A stretch of 64,000 nucleotides of DNA. Origin: Thermoanaerobaculia bacterium (GTDB lineage: Bacteria; Acidobacteriota; Thermoanaerobaculia; Gp7-AA8). Shown piece by piece: positions 24,521 through 33,607 of the stretch. Each line of letters begins with the position of its first letter. Position 1 is the stretch's first letter. The stretch covers positions 3,906 to 67,905 of the forward strand of contig DATDFB010000057.1 in NCBI GenBank assembly GCA_036522835.1, given 5' to 3'. The notes below the pieces were generated by a model. It saw only the letters and a list, made by a program, of their open reading frames with translations, searched no databases and was not told the DNA's origin. The position numbers were made by a program, and so were the translations under genes.

Positions 24521-26004
24521 CGATTCAGTTCCCGCTGGACTGTTATCCCGGGTTCAACCGATTCGTCCTCGACTGGCTCGGCGGCGATGCGAGGTTTCTT
24601 TGTCGCGGTGCCCACTCGGTAGGGGCGCACGGCGTGCGCCCGCGGCAACTTGCCGACGCGCTGATCGAATCCAACAAACGCTGGGGCCTCTTCGTCGACG
24701 ACGACGTCCGCCGCTGGCAACGCGGTGAAGGCATGACCGTCATCGCCGGCCAGCAAACCGGCTTCGCCGGCGGCCCTCTCTACACGCTCGTCAAGATCGC
24801 CACGCTCGTGCGGATGAAGCGCGACAACGAAGCGCGCGGCATCCCCACCACCGTCTTTTTCTGGCTGGCAACCGAGGATCACGACTTCGCCGAGGTGGCA
24901 AGCGTTGCCTTTCCAGCGGGCGACGCGCGCGCGCAGCGCGACCTCGTCTACCTCCGCGCCGCGCGCGCCGTGGAGACGCGCGACGTCGTCGGCCCGCAGC
25001 CCGTCCCGCCGGTGCTGATCGACGAGCTCCTTGCGTTTTTCAACATGCCGCGGCCGCCGTGGCTGCGCGAAGGGATCTCGTTCCGCGACTCCTTCGCGGA
25101 GCTGATCGCCGGCGTCTTTCCGCGCGACGTCGTGCTCGTCGATGCGCTGCTGCCGGAGCTGCGGCGCGCGGGAGCGCCGCTCTTCGCATCGATCGTGTCG
25201 ACGTGGGACGCGATTCAGAGCGCGCTCGCCACGCGCGCCGCCGAGCTGACCGCCGCCGGCTACACGCCGCAAGTCGCGCCGCGCGAGAACGGGCAGTACA
25301 CGCTGCTCTACGAGATCGGCGAGCGCGGCAACCGCGAAATCACCGACAAAGCGGCCGTGCCGGAATGGACATCCACGTCGGCGCTCACGCGGCCTTTGCT
25401 GCAGGACTCCGTGCTGCAACCTGACGTCTTCGTCGGCGGGCCGGCCGAGGTCGCGTACTACGCGCAGATCGCGCCGCTGCACGAAATGCTCGGCATTGCC
25501 ATGCCGCGCGTTGCGCTGCGCGCGCACGCGCTCATCGCGCCGAAGCGCATCGCCCGCGCGATCGAGCGCTACGACATCAAACCGGAGGACATCTTCACGA
25601 GCGCGGATGAACTGCTGGCCACGCGCGAGCCGGAAGGCGTCGCCACGATTCGCGAAGCGGCGGAAAAGGGCCGCAAAGAGCTGACGGACGTTTTCACGCA
25701 GATCGGCGACGTCGCATTTCCCGCCGATCACGCCATTGCCAGAAGAGTCAGCCGCTCCATCGGCCACATCGAGTACCACTTCGACAAGCTCGCCGAGCGG
25801 GCCACGCGCTCGCTCGTGCGCAAGGACCGCGAGCGCTACGCCGCGGTGCGCGAGCTCGTGGCCGCGCTCTTCCCCGACCGCCAGGTGCAGGACCGCGTCG
25901 CCGGCTGGTTTGCCTACTGGAGCGAATCCGGCAACCATCTCGTCGAGCGCTTGATCGAGGAGATCGAGCCGGACAGCGACGTCTGCAGGATCGTGACGCT
26001 ATGA
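24517..26004 (+). CDS. bshC: Bacillithiol biosynthesis cysteine-adding enzyme
   Basis: 495 aa. VIAGQQTGFAGGPLYTLVKIATLV matches the BshC hallmark (GGQQxGxxxGPLYTxxK). Length and position next to bshB/bshA also fit. Confidence 0.82.
   Translation: MTIQFPLDCYPGFNRFVLDWLGGDARFLCRGAHSVGAHGVRPRQLADALIESNKRWGLFVDDDVRRWQRGEGMTVIAGQQTGFAGGPLYTLVKIATLVRMKRDNEARGIPTTVFFWLATEDHDFAEVASVAFPAGDARAQRDLVYLRAARAVETRDVVGPQPVPPVLIDELLAFFNMPRPPWLREGISFRDSFAELIAGVFPRDVVLVDALLPELRRAGAPLFASIVSTWDAIQSALATRAAELTAAGYTPQVAPRENGQYTLLYEIGERGNREITDKAAVPEWTSTSALTRPLLQDSVLQPDVFVGGPAEVAYYAQIAPLHEMLGIAMPRVALRAHALIAPKRIARAIERYDIKPEDIFTSADELLATREPEGVATIREAAEKGRKELTDVFTQIGDVAFPADHAIARRVSRSIGHIEYHFDKLAERATRSLVRKDRERYAAVRELVAALFPDRQVQDRVAGWFAYWSESGNHLVERLIEEIEPDSDVCRIVTL
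24618..24641. repeat. Half copy of the GGTAGGGGCGCACGGCGTGCGCCC palindrome, in frame inside bshC
   Basis: ggtaggggcgcacggcgtgcgccc translates as VGAHGVRP in the BshC N-terminal region. Full copies lie at 32153-32209 and 53541-53589. Confidence 0.8.
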
Positions 26005-26720
26005 AACCCGTCGACGCCATCTTCTTCGACGCCCATCCCGACGACATCGAGCTCTCCTGCGGCGGCACGATCGTCGACTTCGTCAGCCGCGGCCTCAGGG
26101 TCGGCATCATTGACCTCACCAGCGGCGAGATGGGGACGCGCGGCACGCCCGAGACGCGCCGCCGCGAGGCCTCCGCCTCCGCCGAGATCCTCGGCGCGTC
26201 CTTCCGCGAGCAGCTCGACTTCGGCGACGGCGCCCTCCGCACCGGCCGCGAGGAAGAGCTGCAGATCATCGGCGTCATCCGCAAGTACCGCCCGAAAATC
26301 ATCTTCGCGCCGTGGCCCGACGAGCGCCATCCCGACCACGCCCGTGCCGGGCGCCTCATCACCGAGGCGTCGTTCTACGCGGGGCTGCGCGCGCTGGAGA
26401 CGGCGCTGCCCGCGCACCGCCCGCAGGTCACGATCTACTACCTGCAGAACTACCTTCCGCCGATCAGCTTCGTCGTCGACGTGTCGAAGGCGTGGCCGAC
26501 GAAGATGCGCGCCATCGGCGCCTTCGAGTCGCAGTTCTACAAACCGAATTCGACCGAGCCGGAGACGTTCATCGCCAAGAAGTCGTTTCTCGACATGATC
26601 GAGGCGCGCGGCCGCCACTTCGGCGCGCTCATCGGCGCGGAGTACGGCGAGGCCTACGTGACGAAGCAGCCGCCGAAGATCGAGGACGTGATCGCGGCGT
26701 ACAGCGGGAGGGAACCGTGA
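26001..26720 (+). CDS. bshB: N-acetyl-alpha-D-glucosaminyl L-malate deacetylase (PIG-L/LmbE family)
   Basis: 239 aa. FFDAHPDDIELSCGGTI (AHPDD...GG), DLTSGEMGTRG, ERHPDHARAG. ATGA overlap with bshC. Confidence 0.85.
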   Translation: MKPVDAIFFDAHPDDIELSCGGTIVDFVSRGLRVGIIDLTSGEMGTRGTPETRRREASASAEILGASFREQLDFGDGALRTGREEELQIIGVIRKYRPKIIFAPWPDERHPDHARAGRLITEASFYAGLRALETALPAHRPQVTIYYLQNYLPPISFVVDVSKAWPTKMRAIGAFESQFYKPNSTEPETFIAKKSFLDMIEARGRHFGALIGAEYGEAYVTKQPPKIEDVIAAYSGREP

Positions 26721-27841
26721 GAATCGGCATCACCTGCTACCCCACCTTCGGCGGCTCCGGCGTGGTAGCCACGGAGCTCGGCATCGCTCTGGCCAAGATG
26801 GGCGACGACGTCCACTTCATCAGCTACGCGCCGCCGTCGCGGCTCAACATCCTCCACGAGCGCGTGCGCTTCCACGAAGTCACGGTCACGCCGTATCCGC
26901 TCTTCGATCCGTTCCCGCCGTACACGCTGGCGCTGGCGACGAAGATGGCGGAGATCGCCGAGTACGAGCGCCTCGACGTGCTGCACGTGCACTACGCGAT
27001 CCCGCACGCCATCAGCGCCCACCTCGCCCGCGAGATCCTCGGCGACAAGATGCGCTTCGTCACCACCCTGCACGGCACCGACATCACCCTCGTCGGGCGC
27101 GACGCGTCGTATCTGCCGATCACGAAGTTCGGCATCGAAGTCTCCGACGGCGTCACGGCCGTGTCGCATTGGCTGCGCGACGAGACGGAGAAGAACTTCG
27201 GCACGAAGAAGGAGATCGCCGTCATCCCGAACTTCGTCGATCCGCTGCGCTTCCAGCGCCACGAGAGCGCGTTCTGCCACCTCTTCGGCGACGCCGGCGA
27301 CCGCCTCCTCTGCCACGTCTCGAACTTCCGTCCCGTGAAGCGGATCATGGACGTGCTGGCCGTCTTCGAGCGCGTGCTGCGCGTGATCCCGAGCCGCCTG
27401 GTGATGATCGGCGACGGCCCCGACCGTTCCAAGGCCGAGGCGTTCTGCCGTCAACATCATTTGAAGGACCGCGTCTTTTTCCTCGGCAATGTTCCGAATC
27501 TCGAAGAGATCGTCGGCGCCAGCGACGTGTTCCTCCTGCCCAGCGAGCACGAGTCGTTCGGCATGGCCGCGCTGGAGGCGATGGCCTCGGAAGTCCCGGT
27601 CATCGCCACGCGCGCGGGCGGACTGCCCGAGGTCGTGGTCGACGGCGAGACCGGATACCTCCTGCCGGTCGGCGACGTCGACGCCATGGCCGAGCGCGCC
27701 ATCGCCATCCTCACCGACAAGGTCCTGCAGCGCCGCCTCGGGCGCGCCGGACGCGCGCTGGCGGAGGAGCAGTTCAACGTGAACCGCGTCGTGCCGATGT
27801 ACCGCGAGTTCTATGAGAAGTTCCTGGTTCTTCGTTCTTAG
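26717..27841 (+). CDS. bshA: N-acetyl-alpha-D-glucosaminyl L-malate synthase (GT4)
   Basis: GTG start overlapping the bshB stop (GTGA). VRIGITCYPTFGGSGVVATELG, LHVHYAIPHA, TTLHGTDITLVG, HVSNFRPVKR, ESFGMAALEAMASEVPVIATRAGGLPEVV closely parallel Bacillus BshA. Confidence 0.88.
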   Translation: MRIGITCYPTFGGSGVVATELGIALAKMGDDVHFISYAPPSRLNILHERVRFHEVTVTPYPLFDPFPPYTLALATKMAEIAEYERLDVLHVHYAIPHAISAHLAREILGDKMRFVTTLHGTDITLVGRDASYLPITKFGIEVSDGVTAVSHWLRDETEKNFGTKKEIAVIPNFVDPLRFQRHESAFCHLFGDAGDRLLCHVSNFRPVKRIMDVLAVFERVLRVIPSRLVMIGDGPDRSKAEAFCRQHHLKDRVFFLGNVPNLEEIVGASDVFLLPSEHESFGMAALEAMASEVPVIATRAGGLPEVVVDGETGYLLPVGDVDAMAERAIAILTDKVLQRRLGRAGRALAEEQFNVNRVVPMYREFYEKFLVLRS

Positions 27842-27852
27842 TTCTTGGTTGG
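27821..27852. repeat. GTTCTT-rich half element at a convergent gene junction
   Basis: ttcctggttcttcgttcttagttcttggttgg. Related to the arms at 30363-30440. It encodes the last codons and stops of both bshA (+) and the transglycosylase (-). Confidence 0.65.
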
Positions 27853-29892
27853 TCGGGCGTAGATCTCCGCGTAGTTCTCGTACGAATTCAGCACCTTGCG
27901 CACGTAGTCCTTCGTCTCGTCGAAGCTGACGGCGGTGAGGAAGAAGTCGTCGCCGGGGCCGGCGGCGAGGCGCGACCAGAGCGCGGCCTGCTTCGGGCCG
28001 GCGTTGTAGGCGGCGGCGATCTTGTAGCGGTCGCCGCCGAGCTCTTTCGACAGCGTGGCCACGTACTTCGCGCCCAGGCGGATGACGACGCGCGGGTCGT
28101 AGAGATCGTCTTCGTCGACGTCGACGAGGCCGATGTCGCGGCCGATCTGCCGCGCCGTGGTGATGATGAGCTGCAGGAGACCTCGCGCCGCCGCCTCCGA
28201 CTTCGCGCGCGGATCGAAGCGCGACTCCTCGCGCATGATGGCGAAAAGCAGCGTCGGATCGGCGCTGTAGCTCTTCGCGTCGGCCTCGATGAAGCTCGCG
28301 AAGTAGCGCGGATAGAGCAGCTCGCGGACGACGCGCGGGAGGAGCTGCGGGACGAAGTCGTCGGGCACGCCGTTCATCACCGTCTCGATGGCGCGGATCG
28401 ACTCGTGCGAGGCATTGCCGAGGTTCAGGGCGAGCGATTGCGTGAGGCCGCTCTGCATGGGGTGCAGCGGCCAGATCTTCGGGATGTCGTCGGCCGCCTC
28501 GTCGAAGAGGCCCATGGCCATGAGCTGTTCGGCGCGCGAGGCATCGGGCGGGAGAGGGACGTGCGGGAAGGGGAGCGGCTTCAGGTCGAGGACGGCCTTG
28601 TACGGCGGCTTCTGTTGGTAGCTCGCGGCAATTTGCTTCAGGTCCGGCTGGAAATGCAGCCGCTGCCGCGCGAAGTAGGCGAAGTGCGTCGGCACGGTGG
28701 CGTGGATGACCCGGAGATAGGCCTCGCGCGACGCCTGCGGATTCGACGACTCCAGCGCGCGGCCGCGCCAGTAGTCGATCTCGTACGGATCGAATTTGTC
28801 GAGCAGGTTCCGCGGGATGGCGTTCAGCGTGACGACGCACGCGCCGGCGTTCCCCGCGCCGAGCATGCCGACGGCGTAGGCGAGCGAGGCGTCGACGAGC
28901 GCGCGGTCCTTCGGGAAGAGCTTGCGCATCGCCGCCAGATCCGCCGCCGCATCGGCAAAGCGCCGCTGCTTAAGGCGCGTGCGCAAACGCTGCGTCAACG
29001 CGGCGGCGGTCGAGGCCGTGCGCGCCGGCACGGCGATGGCCTGCGTCATGAGCTGCTCCGCGCCGGCGTCATTCCCCTGCAGTTGCGCGGCGCGCGCGGC
29101 ATGCCAGAGGAAGGTAATCTTCATTGCCGCGCTCTTCGTCTGCTGCGCGCCGCGGAGGTACGTCGCCTGCGCCTGCGCAAACTTTTCGTCGCCGTAGTAG
29201 GCGCGGCCGATCGAAAAGGTGATGTCGTCGCTCGGCGGCACGGAACCGAGCAGCGCCACGGCGCGGTCGAAGTGGCGGTGGTTGAGCATGGCCGTGCCGA
29301 GGAGAATTCTCTGTGGCGGCGTGAGCCGCGCGCGCAGCTCCGCCGTGTCGAGAGCGCGCGCGACGTGCTCCGCGGCGTCGTCCATCGTGCCGCCGGCGAG
29401 GATGGCCAGACACGCCGCGCCGTTCCGCGACGCTTCGGCGAGGCGCGCCTGAATGTCGCGTGACGGCGGAAGCCGCTGCGCGAACGCCGACAGCCGCTGC
29501 GGGTCCTTCATGAGGTATTCGACTTCGTCCTCGATGGCTTGCTGGCGATAGAACGCGTGCGGGTACTCGAAGATCAGCGTTTGCCGGTCGCGGCTCGCCG
29601 CCTCGCCGTCCTCGATCTCGGCCTTGTGGTAGAGCGCAAGGTCGCGGAAGGGATTCCCCGGCGCGAGGAACGGCGCCAGCTCTTTCGCCGCGGCAGCGCG
29701 CTCATTGCGGTCGACGAGAAGCCGGGCACGGAGGTACGAGGGCGCCGGCGCAGCCGGCAGCGCCGTCCTCTCGACACGAAAGACCCGCCGGCGCGCCACG
29801 CGCTGCCGCGCGGCGACGATCCCGAGAATGACGACGATCAGGATGAGGGCAGCAAGGGCGGAAAGGAGAAGGACGAGTCGTTTCTTCGTCAA
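27838..29892 (-). CDS. Soluble-lytic-transglycosylase-like (Slt70-type) murein transglycosylase with N-terminal anchor
   Basis: 684 aa. TTG start in TTGA overlap with the upstream ORF. N-terminal TM LVLLLSALAALILIVVILGIV, a long superhelical repeat region, and a C-terminal SLT domain LFAIMREESRFDPRAKSEAAARGLLQLI...AAYNAGP. Confidence 0.88.
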   Translation of the reverse strand: MTKKRLVLLLSALAALILIVVILGIVAARQRVARRRVFRVERTALPAAPAPSYLRARLLVDRNERAAAAKELAPFLAPGNPFRDLALYHKAEIEDGEAASRDRQTLIFEYPHAFYRQQAIEDEVEYLMKDPQRLSAFAQRLPPSRDIQARLAEASRNGAACLAILAGGTMDDAAEHVARALDTAELRARLTPPQRILLGTAMLNHRHFDRAVALLGSVPPSDDITFSIGRAYYGDEKFAQAQATYLRGAQQTKSAAMKITFLWHAARAAQLQGNDAGAEQLMTQAIAVPARTASTAAALTQRLRTRLKQRRFADAAADLAAMRKLFPKDRALVDASLAYAVGMLGAGNAGACVVTLNAIPRNLLDKFDPYEIDYWRGRALESSNPQASREAYLRVIHATVPTHFAYFARQRLHFQPDLKQIAASYQQKPPYKAVLDLKPLPFPHVPLPPDASRAEQLMAMGLFDEAADDIPKIWPLHPMQSGLTQSLALNLGNASHESIRAIETVMNGVPDDFVPQLLPRVVRELLYPRYFASFIEADAKSYSADPTLLFAIMREESRFDPRAKSEAAARGLLQLIITTARQIGRDIGLVDVDEDDLYDPRVVIRLGAKYVATLSKELGGDRYKIAAAYNAGPKQAALWSRLAAGPGDDFFLTAVSFDETKDYVRKVLNSYENYAEIYARPTKN

Positions 29893-30338
29893 ACGTCATC
29901 TCGGGCCAGCGTTCCCGACAGAACTGCGTGCGGGGCGCGCCTGAGAATCTCGTTCTTAGCAATCGCGTAGCCAAGGATCGCGTCGACCAGCACCCGCCGC
30001 CCGTCCGCGGAGAGCAGCACCAGAATCTTCCGCTTGATCTCGCGGATCTCCACGATCTCCTCCCAGCGCAGCCACCGCCCCGGCTTCCCGAGCCACGACA
30101 GCACGCGGTTCTCGTACATCACGCCGTCGTCGCTGAAATAGATGTGGTCGCCGTACTGCACCGCCGCCGCGGCGAGCGTGCCGAGGAAGAGGAGCACCAG
30201 CACCGTCAGCGTGAACGGCTCGATCTCCTTCGCGCCGTGCGAGAGGTAGTCGAACACCAGCGCCGCCGAGGCGAACGTCGCCGCGCAGGAGATGAGCCGC
30301 GCGATGGGCGTTCGGTCGAAGCGGAGGATACGGTTCAT
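29889..30338 (-). CDS. Small membrane protein (two TM segments plus PH-like soluble domain), unknown function
   Basis: 149 aa. Hydrophobic segments LISCAATFASAALVF and FTLTVLVLLFLGTLAAAAV. Translationally coupled to the transglycosylase gene. No family firmly recognised. Confidence 0.6.
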   Translation of the reverse strand: MNRILRFDRTPIARLISCAATFASAALVFDYLSHGAKEIEPFTLTVLVLLFLGTLAAAAVQYGDHIYFSDDGVMYENRVLSWLGKPGRWLRWEEIVEIREIKRKILVLLSADGRRVLVDAILGYAIAKNEILRRAPHAVLSGTLARDDV

Positions 30339-30362
30339 GTATGGCGTAGAACGAATTGTGCG

Positions 30363-30440
30363 GGGTTCTTAGTTCTTAGTTCTTGGTTCTTAAGTTTTGC
30401 CGAAACCCAAGAACCTAACAACATAAGAACCTAAGAACCA
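30363..30440. repeat. Low-complexity hairpin (TTCTTAG repeats / CTAAGAA repeats)
   Basis: ggttcttagttcttagttcttggttcttaagtttt-gccgaaa-cccaagaacctaacaacataagaacctaagaacc. It occupies most of the 118-bp divergent gap upstream of proS. Confidence 0.8.
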
Positions 30441-30456
30441 CTACAATCCCCCGCCC

Positions 30457-32157
30457 ATGCGCTGGAGCCAGTCCTTCATTCACACCCTGCGCGAAGTTCC
30501 GGCCGACGCGGACGTCGTCAGCCAGAGACTGATGATGCGCGCCGGCATGATCCGCAAAGTAGCCGCCGGAATTTACACCTATCTCCCCCTCGGCCTCCGT
30601 TCGATGCAGAAGCTCGAGGCCATCATCCGCGAGGAGATGAACCGCGCCGGCGCGGTGGAGCTCCTCGGGCCGACCATCCACCCGGGCGAGTTGTGGATGG
30701 AGTCGGGACGCTGGCAGCGCTACGGCAAGGAGCTCCTGCGCATCAAAGACCGCCACGAGCGCGACTTCGTCTACGGCCCCACGGCCGAGGAGGTCGTGAC
30801 CGACGCCGTGCGGAACACGCTCAACTCCTATCGACAGCTCCCGATCAACCTCTATCAGATCCAGACCAAGTTTCGCGACGAAGTGCGGCCCCGCTTCGGC
30901 CTCATGCGCGGGCGCGAGTTCACCATGAAGGACGCGTACTCCTTCCACGCCACGGCATCGTCGCTCGACGAGACGTACGAGAAGATGCGCGACGCCTACA
31001 GCGCCATCTTCCGCCGCTGCGCGCTCGACCACGTGCCGGTCGAGGCCGACACCGGCAACATCGGCGGCAGCGCCTCGCACGAGTTCATGGTGCTGGCGCA
31101 GTCGGGCGAGGACGCGGTCGTGTCGTGCCCCAACTGCCGCTACGGCGCGAACGTGGAGAAGGCCACGTCGAAGTTCTTCCTCGACGAGCCGGAGCCCGCG
31201 CCGATGGAAGCGATGGCCGAATTGCACACGCCGGGAACGCAGACGATCGACGACGTCGGCCGCTTCCTCGGCAAGCCGACCTCGCAGCTCGTCAAGACCC
31301 TCGTCTTCGACACCGACAAAGGGTGTCTGATGGTCCTCGTGCGCGGCGACCGCGAGGGGAACGAGGTCAAGATCAAGAACGTCTCCGGCGCCGAGTGGAT
31401 GGAGATGATGCCCGACGCGCGCTTCGAGGAGGCCACGGGCGGCCCGGTCGGCTATTGCGGTCCGGTCGGGACGAAGGCGGCACGCGTGATCGCCGACGTA
31501 TCGCTCAAAGGCCACGTCAACTGGATCGTCGGTGGCAATAAGAAGGACTACCACCTCGGCGGCGCGAATCCCGGCCGCGACTTCCCCGAGCCGGAGTACG
31601 CCGACGTCACGACCGTCTTCGCCGGCGATCCCTGTCCGCGCTGCGGCACGCCGCTGGAGATCAACCGCGGCATCGAGGTCGGCCATGTGTTCAAGCTCGG
31701 AACGAAGTACTCCGAGCCGATGGGCTGCACGTTCCTCGATGAGAACGGCGAGCGCAAGCCGATGATCATGGGCTGCTACGGCTTGGGCGTCGGCCGCACG
31801 GTCGCCGCCGCGGTGGAGCAGAGCCACGACGACGACGGCATCATCTGGCCGATCCCGATCGCGCCGTACACCGTCGTCGTGACCGCGCTCGGCAAAGAGG
31901 AGAGCGTGCGCGCGACGGCCGAGGAGGTCTACGCGAAGCTCCTGGCCGCCGGCGTCGACGTGCTCTTCGACGACCGCGACGAGCGCCCCGGCGTGAAGTT
32001 CAAGGACGCGGATCTGATCGGTTTTCCGCTGCGCATCGCCGTCGGCGCGAAGAGCCTGGCGAACGGCGTCATCGAGTGGAGCTGGCGCAAGGATCGCGCG
32101 AAGCAGCTCGGGCCGCCGGGCGAGGTGGTGGAGACGGTCATAACGGCCGCTCGGTAG
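30457..32157 (+). CDS. proS: Proline--tRNA ligase (bacterial type with editing domain)
   Basis: 566 aa. MRWSQSFIHTLREVPADADVVSQRLMMRAGMIRKVAAGIYTYLPLG, class II motifs FRDEVRPRFGLMRGREFTMKDAYSF and GCYGLGVGR, anticodon-binding C-terminus. The stop TAG lies inside a palindromic repeat. Confidence 0.97.
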   Translation: MRWSQSFIHTLREVPADADVVSQRLMMRAGMIRKVAAGIYTYLPLGLRSMQKLEAIIREEMNRAGAVELLGPTIHPGELWMESGRWQRYGKELLRIKDRHERDFVYGPTAEEVVTDAVRNTLNSYRQLPINLYQIQTKFRDEVRPRFGLMRGREFTMKDAYSFHATASSLDETYEKMRDAYSAIFRRCALDHVPVEADTGNIGGSASHEFMVLAQSGEDAVVSCPNCRYGANVEKATSKFFLDEPEPAPMEAMAELHTPGTQTIDDVGRFLGKPTSQLVKTLVFDTDKGCLMVLVRGDREGNEVKIKNVSGAEWMEMMPDARFEEATGGPVGYCGPVGTKAARVIADVSLKGHVNWIVGGNKKDYHLGGANPGRDFPEPEYADVTTVFAGDPCPRCGTPLEINRGIEVGHVFKLGTKYSEPMGCTFLDENGERKPMIMGCYGLGVGRTVAAAVEQSHDDDGIIWPIPIAPYTVVVTALGKEESVRATAEEVYAKLLAAGVDVLFDDRDERPGVKFKDADLIGFPLRIAVGAKSLANGVIEWSWRKDRAKQLGPPGEVVETVITAAR

Positions 32158-32209
32158 GGGCGCACGGCGTGCGCCCTCAGCGTCCGGGCGCACGCCGTGC
32201 GCCCCTACC
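32153..32209. repeat. REP-like palindrome, family GGTAGGGGCGCACGGCGTGCGCCC
   Basis: Perfect 24-bp inverted arms ggtaggggcgcacggcgtgcgccc / gggcgcacgccgtgcgcccctacc separated by 9 nt. It contains the proS stop codon. Confidence 0.9.
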
Positions 32210-32224
32210 TGTTATCCTTTTCCT

Positions 32225-33607
32225 ATGCGCAAGACCTTTCTTTTGCTCGCGTTAACTGCGGCTCTGCCCGCCTTTGCCCAGAACACCGACATCGAGTCCC
32301 TCTCCGGCCTGCAATTCAATTTCGGCAACCCCGGCGCCCGCTCCCTCGGCATGGGCGGCGCGTTCCTCGGCCTCGCCGACGACGCCTCGGCCGCCGAGGC
32401 GAACCCGGCCGGGCTCACCATCCTGCGCAAGCCCGAGGTCTCCATCGAGATCCGCAACTACGTCGAGCAGCAGACCTTCACCACCACCGGCACCTATCCG
32501 GACATCAGCCGCACCGACTTCAACCATTACAGCCAGCGCGTCCCCATCACCTTCGCCAGCGCGGTTTACCCGTACAAGAACGCCACCTTCGGCCTCTACT
32601 ACCACGAGGCGCTGCGCAATCAAGGCTCGGGGCAGGTCATCCCCATCCGCAACGAATTCAGCGGCGCGGTGACGGCCGACGTCCCGAACTTCTACCTCGC
32701 CAAGGGCGGGACCGCTCCGGTCACGCGCGATCAGTGCATCGCCATCAACGTCGCGGCGAAGGACGACTTCGCCTGCCTGCAGTACACCATCCTTCCGTTC
32801 CTCAGCGCGCTCGACGTCACCGAGCGCACGTTCGGCCTGGCCGGCGCGTACAAGATCGGCAAGTTCTCCTTCGGCGGCACCGTGCGCTACCAGCGCTTCA
32901 ACGAGACCGCGTTCACCTTCCGCGTCACGCCGGACTTCGATTTCTCGTCGATCTCCGTGCAGGCCACGAGTGACATCCGTGAGAACAGCGACAAGGCGAA
33001 GGACGTCAGCGACGTCACCTTCACCGCGGGCGTGAAGTGGACGCCGAACGACCGCTTCAGCGCCGGCGCGGTCTACAAGCAGGGGGCGCGCTACAAGGCC
33101 CCCACCTTCGCCGCGAACGAGGATACAAACTTCGACTTCGTCAAAGTCTCCGACACGACCTTCCACATCCCCGACATCTTCGGCGCCGGCGTTTCCGTCC
33201 GGCCCATCCCGGTGCTGACGGTCAACGTCGACGCCGTGCGGGTGAAGTACTCGAACCTCGTCGACAACTTCGTCTCCATCAACGAGTCGGTGCGCGAGAT
33301 CGACCAAGCCTACAAGGCTCCCGACGTCACGGAGCTCCACGCCGGCGCGGAGTACTTCTTCGCGACGAAGATTCCGCTGGCGCTGCGCGTCGGCTGGTGG
33401 CACGACCCGGCGCACTCGATCGAATACCGCGGACCGCTGAGCACGCCCGACCGCGTCGCCGCGGCGATCCTCTACCCGCGCGGCGAGTCGCAGAACCACC
33501 GCTCCATCGGCGCGGGATTAGCGTGGCCGCGATTCCAGGTTGATGCCGCGTATGACACCTCACCGCACTACAAGGTCGCCTCGGTTTCGATGGTTGCTCG
33601 TTTCTAG
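32225..33607 (+). CDS. Outer-membrane beta-barrel protein, FadL/TodX (OMPP1)-like
   Basis: 460 aa. Signal peptide MRKTFLLLALTAALPAFAQ, GARSLGMGGAFLGLADDASAAEANPAGL (FadL-family N-terminal motif), alternating beta-strand pattern, C-terminal ...SMVARF. Confidence 0.72.
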   Translation: MRKTFLLLALTAALPAFAQNTDIESLSGLQFNFGNPGARSLGMGGAFLGLADDASAAEANPAGLTILRKPEVSIEIRNYVEQQTFTTTGTYPDISRTDFNHYSQRVPITFASAVYPYKNATFGLYYHEALRNQGSGQVIPIRNEFSGAVTADVPNFYLAKGGTAPVTRDQCIAINVAAKDDFACLQYTILPFLSALDVTERTFGLAGAYKIGKFSFGGTVRYQRFNETAFTFRVTPDFDFSSISVQATSDIRENSDKAKDVSDVTFTAGVKWTPNDRFSAGAVYKQGARYKAPTFAANEDTNFDFVKVSDTTFHIPDIFGAGVSVRPIPVLTVNVDAVRVKYSNLVDNFVSINESVREIDQAYKAPDVTELHAGAEYFFATKIPLALRVGWWHDPAHSIEYRGPLSTPDRVAAAILYPRGESQNHRSIGAGLAWPRFQVDAAYDTSPHYKVASVSMVARF

